This document shows positions 1 to 8,231 of a stretch of 32,000 nucleotides of DNA, piece after piece. The notes under the pieces were generated by a model that saw nothing but the letters and a program-made list of their open reading frames with translations, was not told where the DNA came from and made no database searches. The position numbers were made by a program, and so were the translations under genes. The stretch covers positions 60,001 through 92,000 of the forward strand of contig RQZE01000001.1 in NCBI GenBank assembly GCA_003858585.1, given 5' to 3'. Position 1 is the first letter of the stretch. The number at the start of each line of letters is the position of its first letter. The stretch comes from Erysipelotrichaceae bacterium OH741_COT-311 (GTDB taxonomy: Bacteria; Bacillota_I; Bacilli_A; Erysipelotrichales; Erysipelotrichaceae).

Positions 1-185
1 CCATACTTACTATGCTCTGTATAAGTACCCGTTACTTTATAGTTGACCTCATCCAATATCACATCTGAAAAAACATCAACAATTGTGATGCTTTCTTGAT
101 TCTTTACAAGTCGAGCTTGATAAATAGAAGATCCACTTGGACTTGTATAAATTAAATATTTAAAGGTTACTTCAATTGTATCCAT
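1..185 (-). CDS. 5' end of a RecD2/YrrC-like SF1B helicase gene (partial, continues off the window)
   Basis: The minus-strand ATG at 185 sits 1 nt after the mnmA stop. The translation is MDTIEVTFKYLIYTSPSGSSIYQARLVKNQESITIVDVFSDV.... This matches my recollection of the RecD2 N-terminal OB-like domain, and mnmA followed by recD2 matches Bacillus synteny. Only about 61 codons are visible. Confidence 0.45.
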   Translation of the reverse strand, partial: MDTIEVTFKYLIYTSPSGSSIYQARLVKNQESITIVDVFSDVILDEVNYKVTGTYTEHSKY

Positions 186-186
186 A

Positions 187-1356
187 TCATCTATCTTTCA
201 AATACTGAGTTAAAATTTCTTTTTTATCTTGTCCATGTAAAAAGACTTGACTGATAACCCCACCACCCAATACTAAATCATCCAAATAAAATACTGCTTG
301 TTGTCCCAGTGTTACAGCTTTTACTTTTTGTGGATAACTTAATAATACTGTTGTTTCATCTATGAAAGATAGTTCCACATCATTGTCTTGTTGTCGATAA
401 CGAAACTTTGCCTGACACTTTAAACTTCTTTCTACTTTGAAATTTGCTAACCAATTAACATCTTTTACAATACATTGATCCGAATATAGCCATTGTTCAT
501 CCTTTTCATTTGCAACATACAACTCATTCTTATACACATCTTTATCTACAACAAAATATGGTCCCCCACTTCCACCAATACCTAAGCCTTTTCTTTGCCC
601 AGTTGTATAATATAAAACTCCTTGATGGCGACCGATTACTTTGCATGTTGATAAATCTATAATATCTCCTGGCTTCATTGGTAAGTAATTACTTAAAAAT
701 TCTCTAAAATGACGTTCACCAATAAAGCATATACCGGTTGAATCTTTCTTTTTTGCAATGGAAAGCTTTAGTTCACTAGCAATTCTACGTACTTCATGTT
801 TATCAATCTCACCCAACGGAAATAAGGTCTTGCTTAAGGCTTCTTTTGGTACCTGAGATAAAAAATAGGATTGATCTTTATTTAAATCATAGGCTTTTTT
901 CATCACGTAACTACCGTTTTCATAACTAACTTTAGCATAATGACCGGTTGCCATATACTCAAAACCTAGTTTTTTAGCATAGTCTAAAAAGCTATGAAAC
1001 TTAATATATTTATTACATAAGATATCCGGATTAGGTGTATAACCTCTTTTATAATCATTTAAAAAAGATTGAAAAACATAATCCCAATATTCTTTAATAA
1101 AATCGATGCGTAATAATTTTAAACCTAGACTATCGGCAACACTTAAAGCATCTAAATAATCCATTTCTTGACTACAGATTTCATTATCTAATGTAGGATT
1201 GCCTAAAGTATCATTATTAGTCATAGAGTCCCAATTACGCATAAAACAACAAGTAACATCATGTCCTTGTTGTTTCAATAAATATGCAGCTATTGCAGAG
1301 TCCACTCCACCTGATAATCCAACTAAAATTTTCATATTTTTAATAAAAATAGACAC
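187..1356 (-). CDS. mnmA: tRNA-specific 2-thiouridylase MnmA
   Basis: 389 aa with the PP-loop motif 'VGLSGGVDSA'. It shows full-length similarity to MnmA/TrmU, including the conserved Cys in 'TGICFIGE'. Confidence 0.95.
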   Translation of the reverse strand: MSIFIKNMKILVGLSGGVDSAIAAYLLKQQGHDVTCCFMRNWDSMTNNDTLGNPTLDNEICSQEMDYLDALSVADSLGLKLLRIDFIKEYWDYVFQSFLNDYKRGYTPNPDILCNKYIKFHSFLDYAKKLGFEYMATGHYAKVSYENGSYVMKKAYDLNKDQSYFLSQVPKEALSKTLFPLGEIDKHEVRRIASELKLSIAKKKDSTGICFIGERHFREFLSNYLPMKPGDIIDLSTCKVIGRHQGVLYYTTGQRKGLGIGGSGGPYFVVDKDVYKNELYVANEKDEQWLYSDQCIVKDVNWLANFKVERSLKCQAKFRYRQQDNDVELSFIDETTVLLSYPQKVKAVTLGQQAVFYLDDLVLGGGVISQVFLHGQDKKEILTQYLKDR

Positions 1357-1364
1357 GCTTGTGC

Positions 1365-1799
1365 CTATTCTAATTCCTTTCTAACTTTTCCACACGTAGA
1401 ATAATGTTTACAATTAATATCACATGAACTTAAGGATAATTTACGTAACTCAGGAGGAACAAAGGCATCTATTTCCTCTGAGTCATAGCCTACTTGAAAG
1501 TTACGTTCACTAATGATAATCGGTCTTCTAAGTATCGAAGGATTATCGACAATAAAATCTACCAACTCATTAATCGTCATGCTATCTAAATCAACTTTAC
1601 TTTCTTGAATGATTTTACTGCGTTTTGAAATGATATCTTCTGTACCATTTTCACTTCTTTGTAAAAGGAGTTTAACTTCATTTTTATTTAAAAGCGTAGT
1701 AAAAATATTCTTTTCCACAAAAGGTAAAGCTCGTTCTTTTAACCAACTTTTAACTTTGCGACAAGATGCGCAACCTGGTGATGTATATACAACAATCAT
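1365..1799 (-). CDS. spx: Spx/MgsR-family (ArsC-fold) redox-sensing transcriptional regulator with an extended C-terminus
   Basis: The N-terminus 'VYTSPGCASCRK' carries the CxxC switch. 'ISKRSK' and 'LRRPII' motifs are present, and the protein is collinear with B. subtilis Spx. There is an 8-nt gap to mnmA. Confidence 0.85.
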   Translation of the reverse strand: MIVVYTSPGCASCRKVKSWLKERALPFVEKNIFTTLLNKNEVKLLLQRSENGTEDIISKRSKIIQESKVDLDSMTINELVDFIVDNPSILRRPIIISERNFQVGYDSEEIDAFVPPELRKLSLSSCDINCKHYSTCGKVRKELE

Positions 1800-1818
1800 T
1801 TAATCACTCCTATACAAT

Positions 1819-1847
1819 ATTATACAAACACTTGCCTAATCTATCAA
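1819..1847 (-). promoter_or_regulatory. Putative sigma-A promoter of spx (TTGATA-17-TATAAT)
   Basis: The minus strand reads TTGATA (1847..1842), a 17-nt spacer, then TATAAT (1824..1819). This lies about 20 nt upstream of the spx SD 'TAGGAGTG'. Confidence 0.45.
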
Positions 1848-1854
1848 TAATTTA

Positions 1855-1883
1855 TTGAAATAATCCTGTATTTATATTATGAT
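1855..1883 (+). promoter_or_regulatory. Putative sigma-A promoter of the permease gene (TTGAAA-17-TATGAT)
   Basis: TTGAAA is at 1855..1860, followed by a 17-nt spacer and TATGAT at 1878..1883. It is divergent from the spx promoter. It implies the ATG at 1912 (SD AAGGA at 1897) is the real start, not 1879. Confidence 0.4.
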
Positions 1884-1911
1884 TTTACTAATATTTAAGG
1901 ATGGTATATTT

Positions 1912-3270
1912 ATGGAAAAAATGCATAAACAAGGAAAATTTGGACTCTCTACAACCATTGCGATGATTATTGGTATTGTTATTGGTTCTGGCATTTTTTT
2001 TAAAACTCCAGAGATTATTAAAGCTACCAACGGAAATATTCTACATGGAACCATTGCTTTTGTACTTGCTGCTTTATCAATCATCTTTGGTGGATTAACG
2101 ATTTCACAGTTTACCAAAAAGGAAAATGGCATTGGTGGTTTAATTGCTTATGCAGAATCTGCTTATGGTCAAAAACTAGCATTTTATGTAGGTTGGTTTC
2201 AAACTGTCATTTACTACCCTTCAATTACAGCTGTTGTAGGATGGGTGGCTGCAAACTATATCTTTGCCCTTTTTGGTTATCCAAATCTAATTACTCAAGG
2301 AAAATTCAATATCTACATTTGGCCATTTACAATTGTAATAATTGGTTTCTTCTTCCTATTAAATATCTTTAAAACAAGAAATGCCGGAATTTTCCAAAAT
2401 ATTTCAATGTATAGTAAAATTACGGCTTTAATCGTTTTTGGTATTTGTGGCTTTCTGTTTGGAAATCCATCTTATATAGCTGAAAGTGTAACTCTTCCTT
2501 CCAATACGACAAATATACTTGTTGCCCTTGTTGCGATTGCCTTTGCATTTGATGGTTGGATGATTGCCCCCGCTATTGCACATGAAATTAAAAATCCCAA
2601 AAAGAATTTAACCAAAGCACTTATCATTGCCCCAACCATTATCGCAGGTATTTATTTACTATATTACATTGGTTTATCCGTGTTTATTCCAAAAGAAATG
2701 GTATTAAGTGGTGTTGATCCAATTGGATTACTTGCCGATAAACTTTTTGGTTCAATCGGTATCAAAATCATTTATATTTTTGTAATCATTTCTATTCTAG
2801 GTACATTAAATGGTATTATATTGGCATTTATTCGTTTACCTTATGCCTTAGCAATTCGTAATATGCTTCCATGTTCAAAAGCATTATCCAAGGTAAATGA
2901 TAAGTATGATACACCAATTAATTCATCTTTATTAGCTTTAACACTTACTGCCGTATATTTATTGTTACATTTTTTATCCTTAGATGGTGCCTTGGTATAT
3001 CAAATTTCTTGGTTTAAAGGTTTAGAAGTAGATAATCTACCAATTGTGGCAAACTTTATCTTCTTGATTATTGTATATTGGGCAATCTTAAGTAATAAGG
3101 TTCATACTGAAAATCCATGGAAGGCAAAATTCTATGCATTGTCCGCAATTATTGGCGCAGGTATTATTATTTATGCCGGTTTTACAAAACCGGGCTTTAA
3201 TTTATATTTAACAGCCTCTATTCTATTAACACTAGCTGGTCGCTTGACGAAGTTAAAAAAAAATGTTTAA
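1912..3270 (+). CDS. APC-superfamily amino acid permease
   Basis: About 12 predicted TM segments. The N-terminal 'GLSTTIAMIIGIVIGSGIF' motif is typical of APC amino acid transporters. The start was moved to 1912 on SD and promoter grounds. Confidence 0.85.
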   Translation: MEKMHKQGKFGLSTTIAMIIGIVIGSGIFFKTPEIIKATNGNILHGTIAFVLAALSIIFGGLTISQFTKKENGIGGLIAYAESAYGQKLAFYVGWFQTVIYYPSITAVVGWVAANYIFALFGYPNLITQGKFNIYIWPFTIVIIGFFFLLNIFKTRNAGIFQNISMYSKITALIVFGICGFLFGNPSYIAESVTLPSNTTNILVALVAIAFAFDGWMIAPAIAHEIKNPKKNLTKALIIAPTIIAGIYLLYYIGLSVFIPKEMVLSGVDPIGLLADKLFGSIGIKIIYIFVIISILGTLNGIILAFIRLPYALAIRNMLPCSKALSKVNDKYDTPINSSLLALTLTAVYLLLHFLSLDGALVYQISWFKGLEVDNLPIVANFIFLIIVYWAILSNKVHTENPWKAKFYALSAIIGAGIIIYAGFTKPGFNLYLTASILLTLAGRLTKLKKNV

Positions 3271-3272
3271 AT
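3244..3272 (+). promoter_or_regulatory. Putative promoter of the trpS T-box leader (TTGACG-17-TTAAAT, TG-extended)
   Basis: TTGACG is at 3244..3249, followed by a 17-nt spacer ending in TGT and TTAAAT at 3267..3272. It overlaps the 3' end of the permease gene. Confidence 0.35.
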
Positions 3273-3279
3273 ATTTGCA

Positions 3280-3496
3280 AGGTTATAAATAAGAATAAGT
3301 AGTGAACATTCAAGTTTAAGAGACATGATGGTGGGTGAAAATCATGATTGATTGTGATATGAAATTGGGTCTTATTTACTTAAATAGCACTAGTTATTTA
3401 CGTTTTAAGAGCGTTAATCTTATAAAGTGTCTACACATGTAGATAAGTTGGGTGGTACCACGGAAATCTTCGTCCCTACGGGGACGTTTTTATTTT
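3280..3496 (+). promoter_or_regulatory. T-box riboswitch leader (tryptophan specifier) controlling trpS
   Basis: Stem I elements are 'AGAGA...GGTGGGTGAAA' (about 3329-3350). The candidate UGG specifier is at 3366..3368, followed by a purine. The conserved T-box core 'AAGTTGGGTGGTACCACGG' is at 3446..3464. A terminator hairpin with a T-run follows at 3471..3496, directly before the trpS SD. Confidence 0.85.
3471..3496 (+). terminator. T-box attenuator terminator
   Basis: The hairpin is CGTCCC-tacg-GGGACG, followed by TTTTTATTTT. The 5' arm can alternatively pair in the antiterminator with the T-box core. Confidence 0.75.
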
Positions 3497-3507
3497 AGGA
3501 GGACAAC

Positions 3508-4494
3508 ATGAAAACAATGGTTAGCGGCATTAAGCCAACAGGACAATTACACTTAGGAAATTACTTAGGAGCTTTAAAAAACTTCGTAACTTATCAAGAT
3601 GATTACCATATGATTGCTTTTATAGCAAACTTGCACTGCATTACCGTGTATCAAGATCCAAAAGAGTTACAAACCTACTTAAAAGATTGTATAGCTTTAT
3701 ATCTTGCCTGTGGTTTAGATCCAGATAAAGCAACTATCTTTTTACAAACTGATGTGTTAGAACATGCACAATTAGGCTTTATTTTAAATTGTAATACATA
3801 CTTAGGTGAATTGAATCGAATGACGCAATACAAAGATAAGGTAGCTAAAAATGAAATAAATTTAACAGGTGGTATCTATACATATCCCACTTTAATGGCA
3901 GCTGATATTTTAATGTATGATGCAGACTATGTACCGGTTGGTGATGATCAAAAACAGCACGTGGAGCTAACACGTGATGTTGCAATACGCTTTAATAATC
4001 GTTATGGAGAAACCTTTAAAGTTCCTGAACCAATCATTCCTAAAACAGGTGCAAGAATTATGTCATTATCGGATCCAAGTAAAAAAATGAGTAAATCGGA
4101 TGAATCAAATAAAGGGTGTATATATTTATTGGATGATTTAAAAATTGTTCACAAAAAAATTATGTCTGCAGTTACCGATGATAAAGCACAGGTAAAATAT
4201 GATGTACATAACCAACCCGGTATTGCAAATTTAATGACGATTTATGCAAGTTTGACAGGAAAAACCATGTCGGAAATTGAAAAAGAGTTTGAAGGACAAT
4301 TATATGGTAACTTCAAAAAAGCAGTAAGTGCAGTTGTATGTGATGAATTAGCTATGATACAAGAAAAATATCGAAATATTGTAGAATCTAACATTATGGA
4401 TGAAGTACTATTAAAAGGAAAACAATTTGCTAGCAAAAAAGCACAAGAAAAACTAGATCTTGTTCAAAAGAAAATAGGTATTGAAATACGATAA
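3508..4494 (+). CDS. trpS: Tryptophan--tRNA ligase
   Basis: 328 aa class I aaRS. The HIGH-type motif is 'TGQLHLGNY' and the KMSKS motif is 'KKMSKS'. The SD 'TAGGAGGA' lies 6 nt upstream. Confidence 0.97.
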   Translation: MKTMVSGIKPTGQLHLGNYLGALKNFVTYQDDYHMIAFIANLHCITVYQDPKELQTYLKDCIALYLACGLDPDKATIFLQTDVLEHAQLGFILNCNTYLGELNRMTQYKDKVAKNEINLTGGIYTYPTLMAADILMYDADYVPVGDDQKQHVELTRDVAIRFNNRYGETFKVPEPIIPKTGARIMSLSDPSKKMSKSDESNKGCIYLLDDLKIVHKKIMSAVTDDKAQVKYDVHNQPGIANLMTIYASLTGKTMSEIEKEFEGQLYGNFKKAVSAVVCDELAMIQEKYRNIVESNIMDEVLLKGKQFASKKAQEKLDLVQKKIGIEIR

Positions 4495-4515
4495 AAAGCC
4501 TTATAAGGCTTTTTA
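4493..4515. terminator. Weak bidirectional hairpin between convergent trpS and the 200-aa ORF
   Basis: The palindrome AAAAGCCTTATAAGGCTTTT is flanked by A and T runs. It overlaps both stop codons. Confidence 0.5.
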
Positions 4516-5115
4516 TTTTATTCTTTCAATTAAACGACAACTAGCAAAAGAAATATCATTTTCAGGTTTCTTTAGTTCTTCCTCTAGTAATTGTTTACGC
4601 ACTATTATTGGTATTTCATTTATATTTAACATATCTTGTAACAATACATTTAAATAGCAATCTCCTTCATTTAACATGATACGTTCTACCTGCATCATTG
4701 ATGCAATGCGATAGATTGATTGATAATCCATTTCATCTTTGTAAAGAATACCAAGTAAATATCCTTCTTGATTATAATGTTGATAATGTTTACACCAAGC
4801 TTCAGCAATTGCATATGAAGTAAATAAGTAAATCGTTGGTATGCCCTGATCTTTGGTAGAAATTAAAGGTTTACTCACATTTAACTTTTGATCATATCCT
4901 TGCATGGAAAGCGCAACATAAAGATAAGGAAATTGATACATATCTTTAAGAATTTGATGATAAACTTTCCTAAACTCTTGACTGCTACTATCATAAGAAA
5001 ACAACGTTTGTATTTTTTCTTGAAGTGGATATACCTGTTTATGCAATGTAAAATCTGGTAATTCTTCTACACTTACTGCAGTATATTTTTTGAAAGACTT
5101 TTTTTTAAAAAACAT
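4513..5115 (-). CDS. Hypothetical protein, possibly SseB-family
   Basis: 200 aa, with the SD 'AAGAAGGAAAG' 7 nt before the ATG. The pattern 'IPTIYLFTSYAIAEAW ... VERIMLNEGDCYLNV' resembles the SseB N-terminal domain pattern (FTS..ea ... i.iNP). This is a recollection only. Confidence 0.55.
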   Translation of the reverse strand: MFFKKKSFKKYTAVSVEELPDFTLHKQVYPLQEKIQTLFSYDSSSQEFRKVYHQILKDMYQFPYLYVALSMQGYDQKLNVSKPLISTKDQGIPTIYLFTSYAIAEAWCKHYQHYNQEGYLLGILYKDEMDYQSIYRIASMMQVERIMLNEGDCYLNVLLQDMLNINEIPIIVRKQLLEEELKKPENDISFASCRLIERIK

Positions 5116-5133
5116 ATCTATACTTTCCTTCTT

Positions 5134-6012
5134 TTAATCCAGTGGTTTTTGATAAAAATTACCTACAATACGCTCTACATTACTAATACTGATGAAGACC
5201 TTAGCATCTACACTTTTAGCACTAGTTACAATATCATTTACTTGATACGCATTACATGTAATAAACAACATGTTTTTTGCTGTTTTAGAAAATTCGCCAA
5301 CTGCATTGACTTTCGTAATACCATGACGTGTATTTTTAAAAATAGAATCCGATACTTCTTCAGGATACTCTGTAATAATAGTTAACTGACTCAATTTATA
5401 ACGACGATGTAAAGTTTGTATAACCTGAGTTGTGCAAAATTGATATACAATGGAATACAAAGCTTGATTCCAACCAAATAATAAACCTGCAATTGCTAAA
5501 ACCATCGCATTAAAATACATTACATAATGCCATGTCGGAATATTAAAACGATTTGATGCATAAATAGCTAAAAAATCAGTTCCTCCACTTGAAGCATTCG
5601 CTTTTAAAGCAATGCTAATCGCAAAGCCACCACAAATACCACCAAATACACTAATTAGTAAAATATCATTGGTAATTGGAATAGATGGTAATAAGGTTGT
5701 AAAAAGTGATGTTAAACTAAACTGTATAATAGAAAATAAAGCAAACCGCTTTCCAATATATTTGAAAACAAAAACAGTCGCAAGAAAATTCATAGAAAAA
5801 TAAATTAATCCAAACGGAATGTAAATATGTAAATACATATCTAACACATTGGTAATCATGCGTGATAAACCTGAAAAACCACCGGGAAATAAATTTCCAT
5901 TTTCTACAAAGATTTTCATATTCAAAGAATAAATGAAGGAAGAGATTGTTACAGCTAACAACGATTGTATATCTTTTTTATATTTCATACTCATATATTT
6001 ACCTATTATCAC
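5134..6012 (-). CDS. YitT-family membrane protein (DUF2179 C-terminal domain)
   Basis: Multiple TM segments carry the 'GGFSG' and 'SSGGTDF' motifs typical of YitT. A soluble C-terminal domain follows. The start is uncertain; the ATG at 5994 (residue M7) is equally plausible. Confidence 0.8.
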   Translation of the reverse strand: MIIGKYMSMKYKKDIQSLLAVTISSFIYSLNMKIFVENGNLFPGGFSGLSRMITNVLDMYLHIYIPFGLIYFSMNFLATVFVFKYIGKRFALFSIIQFSLTSLFTTLLPSIPITNDILLISVFGGICGGFAISIALKANASSGGTDFLAIYASNRFNIPTWHYVMYFNAMVLAIAGLLFGWNQALYSIVYQFCTTQVIQTLHRRYKLSQLTIITEYPEEVSDSIFKNTRHGITKVNAVGEFSKTAKNMLFITCNAYQVNDIVTSAKSVDAKVFISISNVERIVGNFYQKPLD

Positions 6013-6054
6013 TCATACACCATTATAACGCATTGTATTAAAAAGAAAAGTAAA

Positions 6055-6097
6055 ACATAAAAAGAAGATGTATCACAAGGATACAATCTTCTTTTTA
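6055..6097 (-). terminator. Rho-independent terminator after the adhesin gene
   Basis: The minus strand reads GAAGATTGTATC-cttg-tGATACATCTTC followed by TTTTTAT. The 5' arm lies in the last codons and the stop codon in the loop or 3' arm. Confidence 0.6.
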
Positions 6098-8205
6098 AAC
6101 ACATAAATACCAAATACACTTATACACAAGATAAAGCAATATTGTAACATATTTGTTTCATCTATGGTCTTAGGTATACTAACAGTTTTGGAAATTTTAA
6201 CAGTATCAACCACATCAATTTCTGGGCTATGTTCGATTGGTAATACTTTTAACTTAAATATCCATGTTCCAGTAAAAGTTTCAACATCTTCATCGACTGT
6301 CAGCAAAGATGTATCAAACCCTTGAAATACCCAACTACCTAATGCTACATCAACACGACGATTTGTAAAATCTTCAGCCTGGATGACATCACCATAAAAA
6401 GCATTTACATCTATTGGTTGTAAATCAGTAACTTGCTTTGGCAAGTTCATATAAGGTGTATTGCTTATAAATTGATATTTGATTGTTGCTGTTTTTTTAG
6501 TATATGTATAACGAATCTCCGGTGTAACTTTCGTACCGTTTAAAAGATATTCATCCAAAAATTGACCTGAACAAGATTGTAAATCAACACACAAACCTGC
6601 CACTTGCTTTAAACTGTAATTTGCAATCTCAACCGGTGTAAATTGATATGCTTCTTCATATTGTCCTTGTAAACTTTGCATTGTAGCTATTTCATTACCA
6701 AGTTCATCTACAAAATAAATTGAAATAGAAGGTATCGGTTTTTTATCAATTTTAACTTTACTGGTTGACTTATAAGTAATAGCTTGACCGTTAATCGTAG
6801 CACTGTGAAGCACATTGGTTAATAAATAGCGACTTTCATTGATAAAACGATCATCAGCTTGTTTGTTAACATCCAATGTGTACTTCAAAACAATAACTCC
6901 ATCTGCAGGAACATTTGCTTTTGTATATGCAATACGCATTTGTTTATTTTGCTGATCATAGACATCAGCTACATTATAGCTACGAAGCAGTTGATTATTT
7001 GAATCATATAAATCAATATTCTTAAACAGCAAATCATTTTTACCATTTGAAGTATCTTCCTGTAATACAAAATTTAGTAAAAGATTCCCCTCTTGTACAT
7101 CTTGCACACGTAAAGCGGAAATAGATGTACTTACTTGAAACTCCATCTCTTCTTTCATAACATTTTGACTGTTTAAAGCATTGTCATTCTTATTAATATT
7201 TAACACTTCTTGACTACCTTTAACAGCAGGATAAATGCCGATATAATACGTAAAAGCTTTGCTTTCACCGGGATTTAAAGTAACATCATTCCACTTCATC
7301 CAAATACCACTATCACCTCGTCCCATTGATTCCGTATTTTTTGCAGCATTTAAGATTTCATCTCCTACCCCTAAGATTGTAAAGTTTTGAAAAGAGCTAT
7401 ATCCGTTGGTACCTACATGTTCAGGATTAACAAATGGAACTGCAATGTTTTCAAAACCATCCGTTCTAGGACGACGATAGCTACCCGTATACCAGTTACG
7501 ATAACTATCAGGTCCATTTTCCACCTTTAAGAAATAATCCAAACGGTATTGACCTGTTTCAATGTATAATCCACGGTTATCTCCTAAGTGTTTTACAGGA
7601 ACATGATCATTACCCGCTAATTCTGTATCTACCGACTTTAAAAATTTAAAAGTAACAGGGCTATCCCCTGTATTGGTTACAATATGCTCATGCTTGATAA
7701 ACTCTTTGCCAATTGGAGAGAGTATCATTTCTGTTTTGAAAGTTCCATAATCAGCAACATTTATATTTGCTTCAGCTTTTATTTCTAAATTTTCATTCGC
7801 ATTACTTCCACGAACATACATTTTTTCCGCTTGTCCAATTGCCGAATATATTTTATAGCCATCTTTTCCTTCAGTAGAAGGAAATGCAAAAAGCAAATTA
7901 CTACTACTGTTTCCATTTTCCCATATATGACGAATAAGGCTATTGTCCTTAGCTAAAAACACCGTTGGACGACTTATTAGTGTATCCGATAGATTTTGAT
8001 TATTATTATATATATGATTTTCTGAACCAAAGCCATAATATACAAATGCATCCCCTATATCAATTTTGCCAATTTCACTCGAAGTAACTTCTTGCCACTG
8101 ATCATTTGTTTCTTGTGCAAAAACAATGTTCCATGAAACCATCATCTGCAACATCAAAGCAATCAAGAAAAGTACAATCTTATACTGTTTCATTATCTTT
8201 TTCAT
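6073..8205 (-). CDS. Secreted, C-terminally anchored surface protein (putative adhesin) with MucBP-like and SHIRT-like domains
   Basis: The signal peptide is 'KIVLFLIALMLQMMVSWNIVFA|QE'. A MucBP-like segment 'ISIYFVDELGNEIATMQSLQGQYEEAYQFTPVEIANYSL' is encoded at about 6496..6732. A SHIRT-like segment 'IKYQFISNTPYMNLPKQVTDLQP...GSWVFQGFD...FTGTWIF' is encoded at about 6250..6492. The C-terminus has a hydrophobic segment and a KKK tail. The start was moved to the ATG at 8205 (SD AGGGG with a 7-nt spacer). Confidence 0.85.
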   Translation of the reverse strand: MKKIMKQYKIVLFLIALMLQMMVSWNIVFAQETNDQWQEVTSSEIGKIDIGDAFVYYGFGSENHIYNNNQNLSDTLISRPTVFLAKDNSLIRHIWENGNSSSNLLFAFPSTEGKDGYKIYSAIGQAEKMYVRGSNANENLEIKAEANINVADYGTFKTEMILSPIGKEFIKHEHIVTNTGDSPVTFKFLKSVDTELAGNDHVPVKHLGDNRGLYIETGQYRLDYFLKVENGPDSYRNWYTGSYRRPRTDGFENIAVPFVNPEHVGTNGYSSFQNFTILGVGDEILNAAKNTESMGRGDSGIWMKWNDVTLNPGESKAFTYYIGIYPAVKGSQEVLNINKNDNALNSQNVMKEEMEFQVSTSISALRVQDVQEGNLLLNFVLQEDTSNGKNDLLFKNIDLYDSNNQLLRSYNVADVYDQQNKQMRIAYTKANVPADGVIVLKYTLDVNKQADDRFINESRYLLTNVLHSATINGQAITYKSTSKVKIDKKPIPSISIYFVDELGNEIATMQSLQGQYEEAYQFTPVEIANYSLKQVAGLCVDLQSCSGQFLDEYLLNGTKVTPEIRYTYTKKTATIKYQFISNTPYMNLPKQVTDLQPIDVNAFYGDVIQAEDFTNRRVDVALGSWVFQGFDTSLLTVDEDVETFTGTWIFKLKVLPIEHSPEIDVVDTVKISKTVSIPKTIDETNMLQYCFILCISVFGIYVFKKKIVSL

Positions 8206-8231
8206 GTACATACCCCTAAAATATATTCTTT

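Noticed and set aside
1199-2132. Small ORFs at 1199..1384 (+), 1609..1803 (+) and 1872..2132 (-).
   Set aside because: They are antisense to mnmA, spx and the permease respectively. They have no SD and read as hydrophobic nonsense.
3255-3263. An A9 homopolymer near the 3' end of the permease gene could be a slipped-strand phase-variation site.
   Set aside because: It lies 2 codons before the stop (…KLKKNV*), so a frameshift would change only the last few residues. More plausibly it is just part of the spacer of the downstream T-box promoter.
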